Below, piece by piece: positions 59,102-64,000 of a DNA stretch of 64,000 nt. The stretch comes from an uncultured Ignavibacteria bacterium. GTDB taxonomy: Bacteria > Bacteroidota > Ignavibacteria > UBA10030 > UBA6906. The stretch spans positions 7,729-71,728 of the forward strand of contig CAVPBI010000001.1 of NCBI GenBank assembly GCA_963701735.1. The letters run 5' to 3'. Position numbers and translations under genes: made by a program. Numbering within the stretch: the first letter of the stretch is position 1; each line of letters starts with the position of its first letter. Under the pieces are notes generated by a model. That model worked only from the letters and a program-made list of their open reading frames with translations. It was not told the DNA's origin and searched no databases.

Positions 59102-60324
59102 TCATCCGGTGGTTACTGATAGCCGTTCTCGCCTTCGGGATGGGCATGCTGCTTGTGCGGTATCTGACCGTCCACCCGCTCGATATGAGTCTGTACCTCT
59201 TCCTGACGCTTGCGGCAACCGTGGCGGTCATCCTCGTCCTGGCGGCCCTGTTCCATGCTCCAGCTCGTTGGATCGCAGTGATGCTTGCCGTCGTCGGCTT
59301 CCTCGCAGGCTACTGGCTCATGACCGCCCGTTTCCTTTCCAGGGAGGACACGCGCGAGCTTCCGCACCTCACCCGGGTGCCGGGAGATCCGGGCCGGGGG
59401 ACGGTGGCGGTCGTCTATATGACGCACGGCGAACCGCCGACCTACGATCCGATCGGGTGGATCAATCAGTTCCGGGAGTTCGACGAGCAGGGGATCGCAT
59501 TCGTTCCCTACCTTGTCCGGCCGTTCTTCGCGTTTGCCCTCAGGCAGAAGTACCTGAAGGTCGGACGGAGCGACCATCGCAGCATGCACGAGCGGATGCT
59601 CCGCAGCCTTGAACGTGCCTGCCGCGCCGACGGTGACTCCACGACGAGATTCTATCTCTCGTTCCTGGACGACGATCCCCGCCCCGACGCGGCCGTCATA
59701 CGCGCCCTGAATGACGGCGCCAGCCGGGTGGTGGTCAGCGAAGTCTTTCTGACCATCTCGAACCACACCGCGGAAGGTGAGGAGCTGATCAGGAATCTCA
59801 AGATCCAGGAGCGGTTCGGAATTCCCCTCTCGTTCACAGGTCCGCTCTGGGACTCCGAACCGCTGAAGCAGATGTTTGTGCGCCGGGCCGACGAGAATCT
59901 CGGCGGCATAGAGAAGTCCCGGGTGGGCGTCCTGCTTGTCGGACATGGGCAGCCTCAGGAGTGGGACGCGGAGTGGCCCACGGAGACGTCTCAGGAGATC
60001 GGGTTCCGCACGGACGTTCTGGCGCGGCTCGTGGCGGACGGCTTCAGACGCGACTTCGTGGGCCTTGCCTGGATGGAATTCCGCGAGCCGAAGGTCGTCC
60101 CGGCGGTCGAGGAACTTGGCAGGAAGGGCATCGAGCGGCTGCTCTATTTCTCCGCGGCGATCAGCGCCGATGCCATTCACAGCCAGTACGATACGCCTGA
60201 TCTGGTCGCCGGTGCATACCTCCCCGCGGCGGTGGCGAGGGTCAATCTGGGCGCGTGGAACGACGACCCCCTCGTCATTCAGGCCATTAAGGAAAAGATT
60301 GATATCGCCATGAGGCAACCATGA
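59098..60324 (+). CDS. Membrane-anchored ferrochelatase/CbiX-like (class II chelatase fold) protein
   Basis: Three N-terminal TMs; VYMTHGEP, LLVGHGQP, AWMEF.EP, ADAIHSQYD. Confidence 0.65.
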   Translation: MIIRWLLIAVLAFGMGMLLVRYLTVHPLDMSLYLFLTLAATVAVILVLAALFHAPARWIAVMLAVVGFLAGYWLMTARFLSREDTRELPHLTRVPGDPGRGTVAVVYMTHGEPPTYDPIGWINQFREFDEQGIAFVPYLVRPFFAFALRQKYLKVGRSDHRSMHERMLRSLERACRADGDSTTRFYLSFLDDDPRPDAAVIRALNDGASRVVVSEVFLTISNHTAEGEELIRNLKIQERFGIPLSFTGPLWDSEPLKQMFVRRADENLGGIEKSRVGVLLVGHGQPQEWDAEWPTETSQEIGFRTDVLARLVADGFRRDFVGLAWMEFREPKVVPAVEELGRKGIERLLYFSAAISADAIHSQYDTPDLVAGAYLPAAVARVNLGAWNDDPLVIQAIKEKIDIAMRQP

Positions 60325-61052
60325 TCGATCCCCTGATTGCGGCGGGCACGGCGCTTCTGGGATACCTCCTCGGGTCGTTCTCGTTCGCGAAGATCATCGG
60401 GAGGATTGTCGCACCCGGCAAGGACATTTCGAAGGTGCACTACCAGGTCCCGGGGCGTGACATTACCATCGATATGAATGTCGCGAGCGCCACAAGCGCC
60501 AGGTATCATCTCGGCCCCCGTTACGGATGTCTCATCTCCCTGCTGGACATGGTGAAGGTCGCCGTGCCCACGCTGCTGGTGCGGCTCTGGCAGCCGGACA
60601 TCCCCTATCACCTGATCACCGCGACGACGGGGATCGTCGGGCATAACTGGCCGCTCTATCACGGGTTTCGCGGGGGAGGCGGCGAGTCGGCCATCATCGG
60701 GGGGCTCTTTGTCATCGACTGGCTGGCGATCGTCGTGACGAACGCGATCGGGTTCGTTGTGGGCATCGCGGCGGGGAGTCTCCTCGTGCTCCGGTGGACC
60801 GGGTTCTTCCTTCTCGTCCCCTGGTTCTGGCTTGTCCGCGGGGACTGGCCGCACATCCTCTATGCCGTAGGGACGAACGTCCTGTACGTTCTCGCGATAT
60901 GGAAGGAAGTGCTCCCGTACCTGGAGTCGAAGAAGACCGGGAAGGCCCCCACGCAGGAAGAGATCGGCGAGTTCCTCGGGATGGGCAAAAGGTTCGGGAG
61001 GATGATGGATCAGCACAACATCCTCACCGTGTTCAGGAAGTTGCGTCGCTAG
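60321..61052 (+). CDS. PlsY-like acyltransferase (divergent)
   Basis: GYLLGS, LDMVK, GHNWPLYHGFRGGGG; motif 1 (GSGNxGxTN) replaced by DMNVASATS. Confidence 0.8.
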   Translation: MIDPLIAAGTALLGYLLGSFSFAKIIGRIVAPGKDISKVHYQVPGRDITIDMNVASATSARYHLGPRYGCLISLLDMVKVAVPTLLVRLWQPDIPYHLITATTGIVGHNWPLYHGFRGGGGESAIIGGLFVIDWLAIVVTNAIGFVVGIAAGSLLVLRWTGFFLLVPWFWLVRGDWPHILYAVGTNVLYVLAIWKEVLPYLESKKTGKAPTQEEIGEFLGMGKRFGRMMDQHNILTVFRKLRR

Positions 61053-61148
61053 GATCGACCCGGGGGCTCCTCTCCGGCGTAGAATCGCTGTGGAGAGCCG
61101 CCTGAGGTTCCGCAGTATCGATGCCCTCACGTTCCAGTGGAGGTTGTC

Positions 61149-63839
61149 ATGGCACCATCGCTGCGTCTGAGGAATATCGTCTCCCCCCTGTGCTGTGCAC
61201 TCCTCTGCCTGACGCTTTCCACCGGCCGCTCTCAGGAAACGGCCGGCGCGCTTGACGGTAGAGCGGTCGACAGCCTCGGCGCTCCCTTGCCTGGAGTCAT
61301 TGTCGCCGTTACATCCCCGAGCTTGCAGGGAGGGCGGGGGACCGTCGCGAACAGCGAAGGGTTCTTCAGGTTGCCGGCGCTCCCGATCGGAGAATATGCG
61401 GTCCGGGTCTCTCACGTTGGCTACCAGGAGGTGACGATCCGGGGTGTCAGAATCCGGCTGGGTGCGACGACCAGCATTGGAACAGTCCGGCTGCAATCGG
61501 AGACGGTGTCCATTCCGGAGGTCACCGTCGTCGCGGCGCCTCCGATGATCGATCCAGTCTCCACCGCCGCGGGCGGGAGTCTACTCCCGGCGGAGTTCGA
61601 ATCGCTCCCCGTGCAGCGCACGTACGACAAGATCATCGCGCTTCTGCCCCAGGCCAACGAGAGCTACCTGGGCGACGGTGTCAACGTTGCCGGCGCCACG
61701 GGAATGGAGAACAAGTACTTCGTCGACGGGGTGGATGTCTCCGACCCGTACCGGGGATTGACCGGGGCCAGTCTGCCTTACAACATCATCCGGGAGATCG
61801 AGGTCCGCACGGGGGCGTACGAAGCGGAATACCGGAGCACGCTGGGGGGGATCGTGAACCTCGTGACCTATTCCGGGGGGAACGAATTCTCGGGTAAAGT
61901 CTACGGCTACTTCACCAACCACGACCTGTCCGGGACCCCCCGGGGGGCGACGCTGGAACCGGCCAGCGGGGATTTCTCCCAGTATGATGTCGGAGTCTCG
62001 CTCGGCGGGCCGATACTGAGGGACCGCCTCTGGTTCTTTCTCGCCTACAGCCCCGTTTTCACCTCCGAAGACGTGGACATCCCGGGGCTCGGCTACTACC
62101 CGGATCGCGCGACCAGCCACGTCGTTGCCGGGAAGCTGACCTGGAGAGTGGCTGAGGATCATTCGCTCATGCTCTCGCTCTCCGGGGACCCGACGGTGCG
62201 GGAGGCGGTCGGGCAGTCGTTCGGTGAGTTCGGCACGCCGGCGAAGTTTCTCAATCCCGATCCCTACCTCGGACGGGCGACGCTGGGAGGCCTCGGCGTG
62301 CGGCTGAAGGGGACGCACATCATGAGCGACGCGACGCTGCTGGAATTCACGCTCTCCTGGATGGGGAGGAACGACCGCTACATGCCTCAGACGGCCGTCG
62401 GGGAGAGCGAGCCGCTCTTCATCGACATGGCGACGGGCACGTGGTCCGGCGGCTACCCGATGAGGGTGGACAACCATAGCTCGGTTGTAGGAGGGGGCGT
62501 GCGAGGGACGCTTCAGGTGCGGGACCATTTGCTGAAGGGGGGAGTGGAATACTACGACACAAAGCTGGATGCGTACTTCTCCGTGTCGCTGATCCAGCGC
62601 TTCAGCCCGTTCGCGTATACGACGATCAACTATGCGAGCGATGGAGTGCTTCACAACAGGGTGCCGTCGGTATTCGTGCAGGACAGCTGGGATGCCGCCT
62701 CCTGGCTCACGCTGAACGCCGGCATCCGGTGGGATGGTCAGTTCATCGTCGGATCGGACGGCAATGTGGCCCAGCGCATACTCGGCCAGTGGCAGCCGCG
62801 GCTGGGAGCTGTGATCAGGCCGGAGCACGGAGCTGCCGACAAGATCACGGCGTCCTACGGCCGGTTTTACCAGGATCTCCTGATGTACGCATCAACGCTG
62901 TACCACATCGCCGGGGCGACGCAGCAGGTGATCGGCTACAACCATGATCCGCGGACGGATCCGACCGGCGGCAGGCCGGTCGTGAATGTCGTTTCGACCA
63001 TCCAGCCGGAGATCGAGGGGATGCGCGGTCAGGCGTACGACGAGTTCACGCTCGGCTACGAGAGGGAAATCGTGCCCGGGTTGGTGGGCGGTGTGAGGGG
63101 AGTATACCGGACGCTCCTCGACGCCATCGAGGATGCGGAAGCCCCCACGGGCTCCAAGGAGCTGATCCTCGGGAATCCCGGGAGGACTCCGCTCTCCTCT
63201 TATCCCCGGCCCGAGCGGACCTATGCCGGACTCGAGTTCACAGTCAGGCGAGCGCCGGAGGCGAATCCCTGGTTCCTTTTCTCCTACGTCCTCTCGCGGG
63301 CCGCGGGCAACTATCCCGGGCTGTTCAACTCCGACTTCGACGTACGCCTGCCGAACGCGAACAAGTCGTTCGACTATGTCGAGAACCTTGTAAACGCGAG
63401 CGGGAGGCTTCCGAACGACAGGACGCACGTTGTAAAGCTGTCCGCCTCCTACCGCTTCGACTTCGACGTCACAGCGGGGGTGTTCGTTCTCTGGGAGTCG
63501 GGGACCCCGCTGAGCGAGTTCGGTGGCTCCACGGCGGGGGGGTTCAACTACAACTTCCTCCGCGAGCGAGGGACCAACGGACGGGCGCCCTCGCTGTGGG
63601 ATGTGAACATCCGTCTGACGTACGACCTTCCGTCCACACTTACGTCCGCGTTTCGCGTGCGGCTGATCGCGGACGCGGTTCACGTGGGCAGCAGCCGGAC
63701 CCCGGTGGCTTACGATCAGATCCACTACTTCAACGTCGATGCCAGCGGGAACCAGATCAACCCGAACCCCTTCTATATGGAGGCGATCAAGTTCCAGCCC
63801 CCCATGTCATTCCGCCTGGGGCTCGAGGTCATGTTCTGA
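61149..63839 (+). CDS. TonB-dependent receptor (Oar-like)
   Basis: Carboxypeptidase-regulatory-like N-terminus; ENKYFVDGVD, AEY...GGIVN, LGGPILRDRLWFF, FVQDSW; terminal Phe. Confidence 0.9.
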   Translation: MAPSLRLRNIVSPLCCALLCLTLSTGRSQETAGALDGRAVDSLGAPLPGVIVAVTSPSLQGGRGTVANSEGFFRLPALPIGEYAVRVSHVGYQEVTIRGVRIRLGATTSIGTVRLQSETVSIPEVTVVAAPPMIDPVSTAAGGSLLPAEFESLPVQRTYDKIIALLPQANESYLGDGVNVAGATGMENKYFVDGVDVSDPYRGLTGASLPYNIIREIEVRTGAYEAEYRSTLGGIVNLVTYSGGNEFSGKVYGYFTNHDLSGTPRGATLEPASGDFSQYDVGVSLGGPILRDRLWFFLAYSPVFTSEDVDIPGLGYYPDRATSHVVAGKLTWRVAEDHSLMLSLSGDPTVREAVGQSFGEFGTPAKFLNPDPYLGRATLGGLGVRLKGTHIMSDATLLEFTLSWMGRNDRYMPQTAVGESEPLFIDMATGTWSGGYPMRVDNHSSVVGGGVRGTLQVRDHLLKGGVEYYDTKLDAYFSVSLIQRFSPFAYTTINYASDGVLHNRVPSVFVQDSWDAASWLTLNAGIRWDGQFIVGSDGNVAQRILGQWQPRLGAVIRPEHGAADKITASYGRFYQDLLMYASTLYHIAGATQQVIGYNHDPRTDPTGGRPVVNVVSTIQPEIEGMRGQAYDEFTLGYEREIVPGLVGGVRGVYRTLLDAIEDAEAPTGSKELILGNPGRTPLSSYPRPERTYAGLEFTVRRAPEANPWFLFSYVLSRAAGNYPGLFNSDFDVRLPNANKSFDYVENLVNASGRLPNDRTHVVKLSASYRFDFDVTAGVFVLWESGTPLSEFGGSTAGGFNYNFLRERGTNGRAPSLWDVNIRLTYDLPSTLTSAFRVRLIADAVHVGSSRTPVAYDQIHYFNVDASGNQINPNPFYMEAIKFQPPMSFRLGLEVMF

Positions 63840-64000
63840 TCGGCGTCCGGCTCCGAAGGCTGTTGAGTCAACCCGCCGGCGTGCCCGGAATCCTGCCTGC
63901 ACAGCAGGCGGGGCTTCGCCCTGCAACGTGGGGCTCAGCTAGGACGGATGAAGTTATGAACCACTCCTCTATGCCGGTCTTGTCGCAAAACTTCTTTACA

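Noticed and set aside
63892-63912. cctgcctgc-aca-gcaggcggg as a REP family member
   Set aside because: Single copy in the window; indistinguishable from an ordinary 3' hairpin

Overview
GC-rich window from an FCB-group bacterium, most likely Ignavibacteria-like. This is inferred from five type IX secretion (T9SS) C-terminal sorting domains (CTDs), Shine-Dalgarno sites and E. coli-like TTGACA/TATAAT promoters. The left half is a glycan-degradation region: an M16 peptidase pair, GH109, an Endo-F3-like GH18, GH78, GH2, GH51, a sugar porter, a URO-D-like protein, GH120, ThuA/HEAT, Gfo/Idh/MocA and a secreted AGE-family epimerase. The right half carries tpl, a creatininase-family gene, rsgA, T9SS beta-propeller cargos, two TonB-dependent receptors and a Lol-like export operon with unusual enzymes. 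Main finding: a ~1.7-kb element (30882-32584) with two coupled DUF1670-like genes and no recognisable DDE/HUH transposase. It is bounded by 17-bp inverted repeats that are themselves palindromes with a 2-bp core, sits on a T9SS gene stop codon, and has a matching empty site after a paralogous T9SS gene (35652-35669). Both proteins end in a tyrosine-recombinase-like H-S...R-Y motif. Second finding: a 45-bp in-frame palindromic element with compensatory base changes, inserted at the same position in three T9SS CTDs, once nested in itself. Family assignments come from motif recognition only; no database search was run.
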